From an uncultured virus (IMG/VR IMGVR_UViG_3300026136_000184) (Duplodnaviria; Heunggongvirae; Uroviricota; Caudoviricetes): a stretch of DNA of 64,000 bases. Where the stretch lies: positions 1 through 64,000 of IMG/VR virus record IMGVR_UViG_3300026136_000184. One strand, given 5' to 3'. Positions within the stretch are counted from its first letter, which is position 1. Every line of letters begins with the position of its first letter. The notes below the pieces were generated by a model. The model worked only from the letters and a program-made list of their open reading frames with translations. It had not been told where the DNA came from and made no database searches. This document shows positions 37,928 to 48,050 of the stretch, piece by piece. The position numbers were made by a program, and so were the translations under genes.

Positions 37928-40900
37928 TTTATATCTCCGGTTGGCTTTTCGCCAGTCATTTTTGGTAGTGAAAACCACAGTTGAAACCATTCAGGAGTTC
38001 CGGGCTGAATGTTTTTCTCTTTCATTATCTTTGCAATCTCTGCCGCAGTCTTTGATATGTTTGAACCTGAATATGCTGATGTTGCACCTTCAACTTGTAC
38101 TGGTATCTGATAACGTTCATACACGCCAGACAATCGTTTAATGTCTTCTAATTCTTTTACATGTAAGAACTCACTAGTTCTAGGTAACTTCTTACCTTCT
38201 TTAACTACACGTAAAGGGTTATAAATTTTTCTTGCTCTTTTGTATAGGTCTGCAAAGTCAACATCTGCTACTAGTGGATATTCAGGTAACCCTGGTCTTT
38301 GTTTTGCTCTCCAGTCTGGATTAAGCCAATTCATTATTAGTGGTCTAACATCATCTTCTTCATCTAATTCAGACATAGCATCAAATAACCCATCGTCACC
38401 GATAACATCATATAATACATCTTCTGCATCATGTCTTTTAATCTTTTCATATTCTCTGTGTTTCATATTAGACATGCCAGCAGTGCAATCTATGTTGTCA
38501 GGTATTCCGTTTGGATACTTATTGACAAGTGCTTCTAGTTTCTTTACTCTTGCTTCAATGTATTCGTTTGTAAGATGTTCAGGTTTTGAATCAGCATCTG
38601 GAATAAGCATTTCTTTCCAACGTCTCAAGTCATCTTTGATGTCGTATCCTGGCCCACAACCATGTCCTTGACACACTTCACAACTTAAATCAACATCATC
38701 ATTATCTCCACCTCTTAGTAAAGGTTCTTTCAATAACTCTAATGCTTTTTCTGCATCAAATGCCCAAACGTTTTCTTGTACTTTCTTTTTACCTACTTTA
38801 GGTATTCTATTTGTACCAGTCTTTAATGGTCTGTTAATCATTTCTTTTAACTTACCGTCACTGACAAGTCTGTCATACTTAGGCTTTTGTATTGCCCAAG
38901 AGCCGTTCTTCATAAAGAAGCCCATTGCTTTTAATTGTTCGTTACTATAACTTCCTGTCAATCGTATGTTATTTAAGAATACTAGTTGACCATAATTTTG
39001 TTTTTGCTTTTTCTTTTTCAGTTCCCAGTATGCTTTATCGCCTAAACTTTCAAATATTATCTTAGACATTATAGCATGTATTTCATGTTCACGCAACCAT
39101 TTATTTGATTTTGAATATTGATCAAATATCGGTTTTAGTTCAGGAAAAATTCCTGTGTCAGGATTAAAAAATAAGTTTTTCTTTTGGTCTTGATTCAAGT
39201 TGATTTTTCTATAGTCATTATAATCTCTATGTAAGATATATGCAACACGATTATTAGCAAAGTAAATAAACAACTTGTTGTACTTTTCGTCTTCGCCCCT
39301 TGAATAGTCTAAAACACTATGAGTAAAGTCCCAAGGTAAATCTAAATCTCTAGTAGCATTTAATACTGTGCGCCATGGACTTGCTACTGTTACTAATTTT
39401 CCGTCTTTTCGTTTTTTATAATTTTCATCACTAATAGGATTTAGTGTGATTTCATATCCTGTCCCCGGACCCAAAACTTTTTTTGGATACTTATTACCGT
39501 ACCCAGTTGCATCAATACCTATTCCATCAGGAAACTTGAACTCTTTGATACTCCTAATCCAGGGCTTGCCTTTGTTTGTTAATTTTGGTTTAGGCAATTG
39601 AGATACTGCTCTCGGTGTCCACGTCTGTGTAGGTATTACACCCATTTGTTTTAATTCTTTAGGTTTTGCTATCTTGTCTAAGTTCATTAACTGAGAGCCT
39701 ATTGTAACCCATTTAGAATCTGGAATTTGACTTAACGTAATACCATCGTTGCGATATCCACTTCTATTATAATCTATAAACTTACCACCTGTTTCTGGTT
39801 TCAATGCTACTATACCTTCTGAAACAGCATCATGGATAAATCTGCCTGCTCCACGTTCTATTTTTTTCGCAAATGGGGGTAAATTTTTACTCAAAGAATA
39901 TTCATTAGCCCACTCCATATATGGTGTTATCTTATCATCATCGTAATAGTAATCCCTAGAGCCTGACTTTAATCTTTGCTCAATATCTAGGTGTTGATCT
40001 TTTCTTCCCTGCCAAATGTATAAAGGATTTGAGATGCCTATCTTTGCTATGCCTACTACATCTACACCATGTACTTTTGGTACATCTCTTGCAGAATCTG
40101 TCATCTGATCAGATGTTACGGGCAAAAAGTTAATAAATGCGCCAACGCCACTAGTCTTTGCGTTTGCTTCTTCTGCTTTTTGTTCTAGCCATGCCATTAA
40201 CTCTGGGTTTTGTTTTGCTCTTGTAAGATAGTTTTTATTAACAAAAGCAGAATTCCCTTGGCTAGAGTCAACATTATCAGCAGGTACAGCACTTAATTTA
40301 TTAATAATATATTGTTTGTGTTCAGGTGCTTCACTAGCACTATATCTTTCGTTGTTGTCATCAAATTCAATTGCATTAACTTGTAATTCTGCAACACCTT
40401 GAAAAGGATCAATGTATATAGGAACTTGTAAGAATGGATTTTTTTCTGTACTTTGAAAATCGATTACATAAGATTCACCAGAGTTCCAATGATCATCATC
40501 TTCCCAATCTTCTTCATGTCTTCCTATCTTTCTTGGATTCATACTGTGAGCATGTCGTTGCCATTGTTCACGTCCTCTCTCACTATCGTCAGATAAAGTT
40601 CTATCACTGATCTCGCCGTTAGTTCTTCTAACTTCGTTTCCAATTGGAGTAATATAATAACAATCACTACCGTCACTGTTTTTAAATGTATAAACTCTAT
40701 TTTGTCCTAATTCAACTACATCTTCTTCTGTCAGATTTTGTGTTCTAACGTCTCCTATCTCTTTACTCTTTTCAGCAATATAACTTGCTAACTCAGGAAA
40801 ACGTTCCATGATTTCATTATACAGAGGTGTGTTAGGTGTGATACTTCCTTCTCCTCCCCTAGCAGAATCTACAAAGTCTGCCATCGCATCGTTCTGCTTA

Positions 40901-43900
40901 TGATATCTATTATTTGACTGTTCACCTTGACCTAATTGAATGACTCCTCTGTTGTTATATGCTACAGGTCTTCCATAATCTGTAAAAAGATTGTTTGCTT
41001 TTCCAAGTGGATCTGTTTTTAAAGGATGATACTCAAACATAGTAAAATACTCGCCAGGATATTTTTCTTCGTCTGGTACAATAAAGTATTTGTCTAAGTT
41101 AGGATTGTTTGTTACTTGTTTTTCTAATTTAAACCCGTCCATTTGTTGAGTGTTTTCGGCATTTTCTTCTGGCTTCTGTGCGAGTGCTGGATGAGGAACT
41201 TTAGGATGAATGTTTTCATCTTTAATCATGTTTCTTAACTCAGGATAGTATCTGAAAAAATCAATAATTTCTTTGGAATCTAAAGAAGATTTGTTTTCTG
41301 CGAGTTCTTTTCCTGCAGGTTTAAAATTTGTGTCGTCTGGTTTTTGTTGTCTACCATACTGATCAATAGGTACTTGATGATGTGTGTTTTTTCCTACTCG
41401 TTCTATACGAATGTCACTAATTTTTCCTGTTTTACCACGATAGTCTTTTAAACTTAAATAAACAAAAAACGTATCTCCTACTTTACCAAATGGATTCTTT
41501 TGTTTAGGAAATACTTCAAAACTAGGTAGTTGAAACGCATCTCCTTCTTTCGGTCCAAATTGTGATACTATTACACGATCATTATCTTCGACTTCTGTGG
41601 GAGTAAACGACCAATCTTGTAACATATCGTCATTGTAACTAGAACCTTCGCCGTGTTGATTTGGTTGATACTCAGGATTATCTTTAATAAATTTATCCCA
41701 GTCTTTTACTTGCATTTCTCTAATTTCAGGAAAACTTTTTAGAACATGTCTTTTAGTTTGTGCGTTGTCTAATTTTGTTTGAGTACCGTCACCGGCAGAG
41801 TGATATATTTGTGATAGTGCCGGAACTTCTGGACTCCAACTAATTGCATACGACTCACCTTCTTGTGCGTCTTTAGGTTTAACAATAAAGTTACGCATTG
41901 TCTCTGCATTTTCATCATACCAGTCTTTTCTATAATATGATCTGGCATCTTTGTCACGTTTTGTTTTTCCAAAATCTTTTAGAGTAGCATTTGATAGTTC
42001 TTTTTCTTTGGGTGTTGCTAAAGAAGTGTCTTTGTATAATTCTTTTAAACTAGGATATTTGTCTAAGTATGCAATAGAAGGTAAAAAAGGCAATGCACGT
42101 TGGTCATCTAAGTTTCTCCTTACTGGTGTATAATAACGTTGATACTTAGGTTCTGTTTCTGCGTTACCATAGATTTCTCCGTCCGGAGTTCTTAGATTAT
42201 AATCTTCATCACTAGATAAATCATACATTCGTGTAGGCTCTGCTTGTACAATTTTTTCGACATTACCGTCTCGTTGATTACGAAAGACTACTGTTATTGT
42301 ACTTGTTTCTTTACCGCCGTCATTTGTGATAACATAATCTAAAATAGGTTTTCCTTCTGGTGTTACATGACTTTTAATAATTGAATCTTCTTTTTTATAC
42401 AATTTATAAGGCATCAACGGCGCATATTTTTGATATAAGTCTTCTTTAAATTTTCTTTTCTCTTTGGCATTGCCCTCATATTGACGTAACTCATTTTTAA
42501 TTGTTTTATCTAGTATAGGAGCATATACATCAATAAGTTCAGGGTGTTGAAGTGTTACTTCATAAGGATTAATTTCATTTCTGATTTCTTTTCGATCTGT
42601 TTTATTATGTTCAAAAGGATTTGTTTTTGATGCAGATACTAAAATGCTATTCCCGGTATCTCTAAGACTGTCTATTTCGATTGCTGTTTTATGTCCTTGC
42701 TTATCTTTTATAACAGCAGTACTGCCATGCATCTCTACATCGGCACCCCCTTTTGTTTTACTGCGGCTAGGTTCTTGCTCAATGTGTTTTGTTTTTAATC
42801 CATATTTAGAGATGAGTTCAGGATATTTGTTAACTAATTTATGTTGTTGTAATACATTTAATTCATCGTCTCCACCATACCGACTAGTGCCTATTGATTT
42901 GATTTTGTAGTTAGGATCGTTAGGGTCATTTTTCCATATCATGTATAAGTCTTGTTTGCCATACTCCCCGCCTACATCCATTTCGCCTTTCATTAAGTAT
43001 ACAGGTTTATTATCTTTTCTATATTCTTCTACTTCAAAGTTAGAACCTTTCATAACTCTTTTAGGTTTCTGTAGATATATAAGACCGTACTTTTCTGCTT
43101 GTTCTTTGAAAGCATCTTTAAGTGCAGGATATCTAGTTACTAATTGAATTAATTGATCTTGACCTAAGTAAGCATCTGATTCATCTGCAACTACATTGTC
43201 TTCAAAGTGAAATTGATATTTTTCTCCTGTATGATGTGGCTTACGTGGAACAAATATATAGAGAGGTCCTCTACGATTGTATGAAGCAAAGTGATTGTAA
43301 CCACGTGTTGAGGCTGTACACCAACGAGTTCCTCGACCGTAACGACATGCCGCTTCTTTATCTTTTGGATGAATTACTAAGATACCGTTTTCATCATATA
43401 TTTTGTCTGCTTTGTATGTTTTCTTTGATGCTTCATCATCGTCTAAAATGTCATTAGGATACTGATCCATGTCATTCATAAACGTATCAAAGTCTTTGTA
43501 TTGTCCTACGTCTGCATTAGACAAATGACGTTTAACTTTTAATTTATGAAACTTATCTAAGTAATCAGCAACAGTAGATTCAATATCTTCTAAACTTGTT
43601 TCACCATTGATATACAATCGTGCTAACCACTGTACATATCCTTTATTATTTGTAGGATCAGAGGCTTCTAACTTTTCTAATATATGAACGGCTATTTGAT
43701 TTTCTAAAATTTTATATTGTTCTTGTGCTTTTTGTATTTTAGGTTCTAACTTGGCTAGTTCTTCGGGTTTAATTTCGTTCTTTTCTTTTCTATTATTAAA
43801 ATCAGTTACTTCAACATCAATTTTCTCCATTGTTTGAAATGCTTTTTCAAGTTTAGGAGTCATCAAGTTAGGGAAACTTAATACGTCTACGTTAAGACGA

Positions 43901-43983
43901 CCCACAAGGGCTTCACCCATCTTTTTAGCAGTGATGCTTTGTTTGTATTCTAGTAGTATGCTTTCAAAATGACTAGAGAGCAT
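37924..43983 (-). CDS. Giant 2019 aa modular protein
   Basis: N-terminal DPT...YVQWL and G.GTRWCT...GPLY...KYQFH domain; C-terminal ELEDIKRLSG and PGTPEWFQLWF modules. Confidence 0.75.
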   Translation of the reverse strand: MLSSHFESILLEYKQSITAKKMGEALVGRLNVDVLSFPNLMTPKLEKAFQTMEKIDVEVTDFNNRKEKNEIKPEELAKLEPKIQKAQEQYKILENQIAVHILEKLEASDPTNNKGYVQWLARLYINGETSLEDIESTVADYLDKFHKLKVKRHLSNADVGQYKDFDTFMNDMDQYPNDILDDDEASKKTYKADKIYDENGILVIHPKDKEAACRYGRGTRWCTASTRGYNHFASYNRRGPLYIFVPRKPHHTGEKYQFHFEDNVVADESDAYLGQDQLIQLVTRYPALKDAFKEQAEKYGLIYLQKPKRVMKGSNFEVEEYRKDNKPVYLMKGEMDVGGEYGKQDLYMIWKNDPNDPNYKIKSIGTSRYGGDDELNVLQQHKLVNKYPELISKYGLKTKHIEQEPSRSKTKGGADVEMHGSTAVIKDKQGHKTAIEIDSLRDTGNSILVSASKTNPFEHNKTDRKEIRNEINPYEVTLQHPELIDVYAPILDKTIKNELRQYEGNAKEKRKFKEDLYQKYAPLMPYKLYKKEDSIIKSHVTPEGKPILDYVITNDGGKETSTITVVFRNQRDGNVEKIVQAEPTRMYDLSSDEDYNLRTPDGEIYGNAETEPKYQRYYTPVRRNLDDQRALPFLPSIAYLDKYPSLKELYKDTSLATPKEKELSNATLKDFGKTKRDKDARSYYRKDWYDENAETMRNFIVKPKDAQEGESYAISWSPEVPALSQIYHSAGDGTQTKLDNAQTKRHVLKSFPEIREMQVKDWDKFIKDNPEYQPNQHGEGSSYNDDMLQDWSFTPTEVEDNDRVIVSQFGPKEGDAFQLPSFEVFPKQKNPFGKVGDTFFVYLSLKDYRGKTGKISDIRIERVGKNTHHQVPIDQYGRQQKPDDTNFKPAGKELAENKSSLDSKEIIDFFRYYPELRNMIKDENIHPKVPHPALAQKPEENAENTQQMDGFKLEKQVTNNPNLDKYFIVPDEEKYPGEYFTMFEYHPLKTDPLGKANNLFTDYGRPVAYNNRGVIQLGQGEQSNNRYHKQNDAMADFVDSARGGEGSITPNTPLYNEIMERFPELASYIAEKSKEIGDVRTQNLTEEDVVELGQNRVYTFKNSDGSDCYYITPIGNEVRRTNGEISDRTLSDDSERGREQWQRHAHSMNPRKIGRHEEDWEDDDHWNSGESYVIDFQSTEKNPFLQVPIYIDPFQGVAELQVNAIEFDDNNERYSASEAPEHKQYIINKLSAVPADNVDSSQGNSAFVNKNYLTRAKQNPELMAWLEQKAEEANAKTSGVGAFINFLPVTSDQMTDSARDVPKVHGVDVVGIAKIGISNPLYIWQGRKDQHLDIEQRLKSGSRDYYYDDDKITPYMEWANEYSLSKNLPPFAKKIERGAGRFIHDAVSEGIVALKPETGGKFIDYNRSGYRNDGITLSQIPDSKWVTIGSQLMNLDKIAKPKELKQMGVIPTQTWTPRAVSQLPKPKLTNKGKPWIRSIKEFKFPDGIGIDATGYGNKYPKKVLGPGTGYEITLNPISDENYKKRKDGKLVTVASPWRTVLNATRDLDLPWDFTHSVLDYSRGEDEKYNKLFIYFANNRVAYILHRDYNDYRKINLNQDQKKNLFFNPDTGIFPELKPIFDQYSKSNKWLREHEIHAIMSKIIFESLGDKAYWELKKKKQKQNYGQLVFLNNIRLTGSYSNEQLKAMGFFMKNGSWAIQKPKYDRLVSDGKLKEMINRPLKTGTNRIPKVGKKKVQENVWAFDAEKALELLKEPLLRGGDNDDVDLSCEVCQGHGCGPGYDIKDDLRRWKEMLIPDADSKPEHLTNEYIEARVKKLEALVNKYPNGIPDNIDCTAGMSNMKHREYEKIKRHDAEDVLYDVIGDDGLFDAMSELDEEDDVRPLIMNWLNPDWRAKQRPGLPEYPLVADVDFADLYKRARKIYNPLRVVKEGKKLPRTSEFLHVKELEDIKRLSGVYERYQIPVQVEGATSAYSGSNISKTAAEIAKIMKEKNIQPGTPEWFQLWFSLPKMTGEKPTGDIK

Positions 43984-43985
43984 GA

Positions 43986-44429
43986 TTACTCCCTATTAGT
44001 CTTAAGTGTGCTTCTTATCATCCATTGATGTTTGTTGTGTGCATCTAAACGTTCAGCAACAAAGTTAGAAATACCATATTGTTTTTCTGCTTCCGCTGAA
44101 TCATAACATGTGTTTAAGTGTTCGAGGATGATTTCGTTGTCTCTATATAGTTCTGCAAACATTAATTCTGCTCTAGGTATTTTTACTTGATCAGGTATTA
44201 ATGATAGTTCTGCGTAACGTCCAATAGAACCAGGTGTATATGCTTCTAGTGTACGAATGTATTCCGCAGTTCTATCGATTGCGTTTTCATAGACTTCGTT
44301 GTTTAAATCATCAAAAAATTTGTGATATTGTGGGAAGTTAGAACCTTCGATATTCCAATGAAAGTTTTGTGCTTTTATAACAAAAGCATAAGAAGTTGCT
44401 AATAGTATTTTAAGGTTCTCTGAGAGCAT
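43986..44429 (-). CDS. dps: Dps DNA-protecting ferritin
   Basis: KAQNFHWNIEG..F...H..F, D..AE.IR, KHQWM; GATAAATA at 44451-44458. Confidence 0.92.
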   Translation of the reverse strand: MLSENLKILLATSYAFVIKAQNFHWNIEGSNFPQYHKFFDDLNNEVYENAIDRTAEYIRTLEAYTPGSIGRYAELSLIPDQVKIPRAELMFAELYRDNEIILEHLNTCYDSAEAEKQYGISNFVAERLDAHNKHQWMIRSTLKTNRE

Positions 44430-44443
44430 TATAATTGTTCCTG

Positions 44444-45448
44444 TTACATGTATTTATCGATTAGTTCTTCGATGGTTGCATTTACCTTAATAACAGGAAT
44501 GTATGATGCCCCTAATGTTTTGTACGCATCGTATCTATGATGACCATTTACAATATAACCAAATTTATCTATGACTATAGGCTTGTGTTTACCTTTCTTT
44601 AGCATCTTTAATGTTTTCTTTACAAGGCCTTTTTCACGTTCAGTCTGTACAGGTTTTAGTCTTTCAAATCGTACATGTTTTTCTTCAATGTCTTCGTCTT
44701 TAAGATCATCAATATTGAGTTGTGGTAGTTCACTTCTAGGCCAATGTTTATCTTCTACGAATGCTAGTTCTTTTTGTTTAGCAGGTGATAAACTACTATC
44801 AGGATCTGATACTTTTACTCCCGGGCCTTTGGGTGATAAAATATGACAGGCTTTTGCTTTCTCACCGTTGATTACACTAGCAACCCATTTCTCTGAACCC
44901 ATTATTATATCTGCATCCATTGCTACTGCTGGTTTTGTAAGAAAACCATATTGCATAATGTATTTTTCGTATCCTAAATCAGATACTGAAGTTGCTTTTG
45001 TTTTAGGAATAGACATTTGCCATGTCTCGTTAATTTTATCTATAACGTTTTGCGGTAGTCTTGTTAATAACTCTAAGTTTTCTGTATTTTGTAAAAGACC
45101 ATAATTACTTAATCGTCTTATACCTTTATACTCCATCTCTGATATGAAGTTTTCTCCCTGATCAGGATTGTTGACATATTTCTTTAGAACTTCAGTTTGT
45201 AAATCTTCTGGCCAACCTTCATCGTTCATCATCTCTTTCATCTTTTGATGATCTGTGAACATTTCCCCTTGTTCTTCAGTTGTCATAGCCACAGTTTTTT
45301 GAGGACCACGATATTTAAACTTGTCGTTTTCTTCTTCGTAAGTTGATGGATAGGGGAGACCTAATGATGAACCACCTGCCCCAGCAGATCCGGGTGTGCC
45401 TCCACCTGCTGATGCTCCCATACCTTCTTGCAATTCACGTAATCGCAT
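44444..45448 (-). CDS. ParB/Srx-domain protein, cargo-type
   Basis: Starts MRLRELQE; LKPVQ, PIVID...IVNGHHRY. Confidence 0.75.
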   Translation of the reverse strand: MRLRELQEGMGASAGGGTPGSAGAGGSSLGLPYPSTYEEENDKFKYRGPQKTVAMTTEEQGEMFTDHQKMKEMMNDEGWPEDLQTEVLKKYVNNPDQGENFISEMEYKGIRRLSNYGLLQNTENLELLTRLPQNVIDKINETWQMSIPKTKATSVSDLGYEKYIMQYGFLTKPAVAMDADIIMGSEKWVASVINGEKAKACHILSPKGPGVKVSDPDSSLSPAKQKELAFVEDKHWPRSELPQLNIDDLKDEDIEEKHVRFERLKPVQTEREKGLVKKTLKMLKKGKHKPIVIDKFGYIVNGHHRYDAYKTLGASYIPVIKVNATIEELIDKYM

Positions 45449-45460
45449 AAGATATTAGGA

Positions 45461-45892
45461 TTATGAGACCTTGATTTTTATCAAAGTATTTGCGTGTTCC
45501 TCACCGTAACCAACAATGTTAAGAGTAAACATGCCGGCACCCGGGGCAACAATAGGATCGATGCCTTCTGCAACTGCGGGCGGTGTTGTGTCAAATACTA
45601 GAGATGCTTCTTCTCCGGTAGATACTTCTTTAGTGAATACTGCATCATCACAATGTAATTCAATAAACCATTTGTCAATTGCTACATGTTCATCAAGAGG
45701 ATAATGTTCTAAAACAGTTACATTAACTGATGCTTTTGTAATAAAGTCTTCAAAGTATACGCCATTAGAAAACACGCACTCATCGTTAAGTGGCACTGTA
45801 TGTTCAGTTGGTGTGTCTGATTCGATTGCGTTCTTTAAAAGACCGTCGAAGGTTTCTTCGTTTATGTCGTCAGTGTAAATATTTTCTGTCAT
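45461..45892 (-). CDS. Acidic hypothetical protein
   Basis: 143 aa; GGAG RBS. Confidence 0.6.
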   Translation of the reverse strand: MTENIYTDDINEETFDGLLKNAIESDTPTEHTVPLNDECVFSNGVYFEDFITKASVNVTVLEHYPLDEHVAIDKWFIELHCDDAVFTKEVSTGEEASLVFDTTPPAVAEGIDPIVAPGAGMFTLNIVGYGEEHANTLIKIKVS

Positions 45893-47280
45893 TATTTTTC
45901 TCCGGGGGTATTAATGTAATCGATATCTTTAATATCATCTTTTCCTGGAAGGCCGTCGAAATCAACATCGCCTTTACCTAAGTCAAGTCTCATTTTGTGA
46001 TTACCTATACGTCTCTTGACCTCTTTCATTTTTGCTTCGTCACCTCTTTCTTTTGCAACCATATAAACTTGTGTTAATTGCTGTAACTGATGTGACTTTT
46101 CATATACTTTTTGTGCTTGATGATTGTTTATACCTAACAAACCGGCTAATAATAATATGCCTGCTATACCTGCACGAATCTTTCCTGATCCTTCCGAAAG
46201 TTGTTCTGCACTATAGTAATGTCTTGGAGTTGGTTTGAATGTAACTTCTGCATCTGGTAATGCTTGTTTAATAACTCTTTCGTATTGATTCTTTTGCTTC
46301 TTTTCGATTGGCGTCTCTGCCGCTAACTTACCGTTGATGTAAATTAAAAACAAATAGTCATCATACATTTCCATTACTGAACCAATACGTGACTTTTTGC
46401 CTTCTTTAGTTGCTTGATGTCCTAAGACACCACCTGCTACTGCTCCTGGAAGACCGGCTATTTTGCTACCTAAGTATGCACCTGAGGCTGCACCTGCAAG
46501 TCCTTCGTCAACATCAAATTGGTGTCCGATAATTTTTAAATCTGCAACACCGGGGAAATAAGTCATGCCATCATCAGTAATAATTCTACCTGTTGAACTT
46601 GGCTTATGAGGTGGAATGTAATCAACGATAACCATTTCATCACCTCTAAAATCTTGTGTTCTTAAAGGTAAAGTAACTGGCATACCATCTTTAGTTACAA
46701 GTTTACCTTTGCTAGGTCTTTTAGGTTTGTCATCATCAAACGAACCTCTTTGAAACTCATCTAATTTTTTATCATTGAAAAGATCATCAAACGTATTTTC
46801 AGCAGACTTATAACCGGGCTTTACAGACTCGTCTGCTTTAACACAGTTATTGACACGTTTGCCAAACATCATTTTTGTGCCTTTCTTTTTGTAACCTTTC
46901 CAGCAACGTTGACCTTCGTCTATGTCTTCTAAATCCATTTCAAGTTCATCATGCTTTAAACGTAAATCACGTGCAAGGTCATTGAAAGGTTCTCTTAAAC
47001 CGTATACAGCAGATTCTAAATTGTTGTTTGCTTCTCTAACTTTATCTTCGTAATAGTTAAGTTCTTTATGATCAAATCCTTTTAAAGTATCAGCAACACT
47101 TTGTACTGCTACCATAATTTCTGAAGTGTCAGTACCATACTTGATGTCTTTAGTTATCCGATCTACACTCTTAAGTGCTTGTTCTGCTTCAAATGCCGCG
47201 TTGTCTAATTCGGCTAATGCTACTTTATCTTCACTTAACAATTCATTGTTTTCATTTAGTCCACGTAATATCGAACTCAT
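45892..47280 (-). CDS. Modular protein (CWKGY module, glycine zipper, hydrophobic helix)
   Basis: RCWKGYKKKGTK...VNNCV; GLAGAASGAYLG...GAVAGGVLG. Confidence 0.7.
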   Translation of the reverse strand: MSSILRGLNENNELLSEDKVALAELDNAAFEAEQALKSVDRITKDIKYGTDTSEIMVAVQSVADTLKGFDHKELNYYEDKVREANNNLESAVYGLREPFNDLARDLRLKHDELEMDLEDIDEGQRCWKGYKKKGTKMMFGKRVNNCVKADESVKPGYKSAENTFDDLFNDKKLDEFQRGSFDDDKPKRPSKGKLVTKDGMPVTLPLRTQDFRGDEMVIVDYIPPHKPSSTGRIITDDGMTYFPGVADLKIIGHQFDVDEGLAGAASGAYLGSKIAGLPGAVAGGVLGHQATKEGKKSRIGSVMEMYDDYLFLIYINGKLAAETPIEKKQKNQYERVIKQALPDAEVTFKPTPRHYYSAEQLSEGSGKIRAGIAGILLLAGLLGINNHQAQKVYEKSHQLQQLTQVYMVAKERGDEAKMKEVKRRIGNHKMRLDLGKGDVDFDGLPGKDDIKDIDYINTPGEK

Positions 47281-47936
47281 TGTTTGTCCCCGTCTTCTGC
47301 CAAGTTCGTACCTGTCAATGTTCCACCTGGATAACTTGAACTAGGCTCACCATATGGCTCCATGTCTAATTTATTTACATGATAACGATCATCTTCCCCA
47401 TTACCGTAAGGTGCTCCGGGTTGATCTTCATGCATTTGCATTTCGTATTGAATTGATTCTTTGACTGAATTGAGATAGTCGTTTGCTAATGTGATGTAAG
47501 ACTGCATCCAACCTTTGATGCCTTCTTCTTCTGATCTATCTTTAAGATACATCATAATTTCTTGTGCGTTTTTGGCAGTTGCAAATAAATCAGCCTTAGC
47601 CATTTTGACTTCGTGGTCTACTCTGCTTTCACCATGCTTAACAAATCCTGACTTACGATCTTTTCTGTTTGCACCTTTAACTACAAGAACTTCTGCTTCT
47701 GATACTTCTGCTTCTTCAACTTTGGCTTCATTAACTTTCTTAGTTTGCTTACGTGCTTCGACAGAATTAGCATATTTGCCCTTTGAACGTTTACCTGTCA
47801 TTAAATTTCCAGCCTTCTTTCCACCGTAAATACTTGCATTGCGAGTTTGAGTACTCATTGGAGATGCCACAGATGAAACTGATCCGGCGCCCGTCGCACC
47901 AGCAGATGCATTTTCGGTTATTTCGTTGAACTTCAT
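47277..47936 (-). CDS. Modular cargo-type protein (DHEVxMA module)
   Basis: Start reassigned to MKFNEITE after GATAAATA (47963-47970); DHEVKMAKADL...WMQSYIT.A.DYL. Confidence 0.7.
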   Translation of the reverse strand: MKFNEITENASAGATGAGSVSSVASPMSTQTRNASIYGGKKAGNLMTGKRSKGKYANSVEARKQTKKVNEAKVEEAEVSEAEVLVVKGANRKDRKSGFVKHGESRVDHEVKMAKADLFATAKNAQEIMMYLKDRSEEEGIKGWMQSYITLANDYLNSVKESIQYEMQMHEDQPGAPYGNGEDDRYHVNKLDMEPYGEPSSSYPGGTLTGTNLAEDGDKQ

Positions 47937-47992
47937 TGATATCAATCCTTTGTTAATATAAGTATTTATCAATAAAGAGGAATACACAAGGA

Positions 47993-48020
47993 AAAATGCC
48001 CCTTGGGAGAGGGGCATTTT
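47993..48020 (-). terminator. Rho-independent terminator
   Basis: AAAATGCCCCT-6 nt-AGGGGCATTTT hairpin with a U run on minus. Confidence 0.85.
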
Positions 48021-48050
48021 CATTCTTAGTTATATAGTTAGGATCTATAT

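Noticed and set aside
47937..48023. N-terminal extension of the 248 aa ORF given in the track
   Set aside because: It runs through a terminator hairpin and the late promoter; the start at 47936 has an RBS and the tag.
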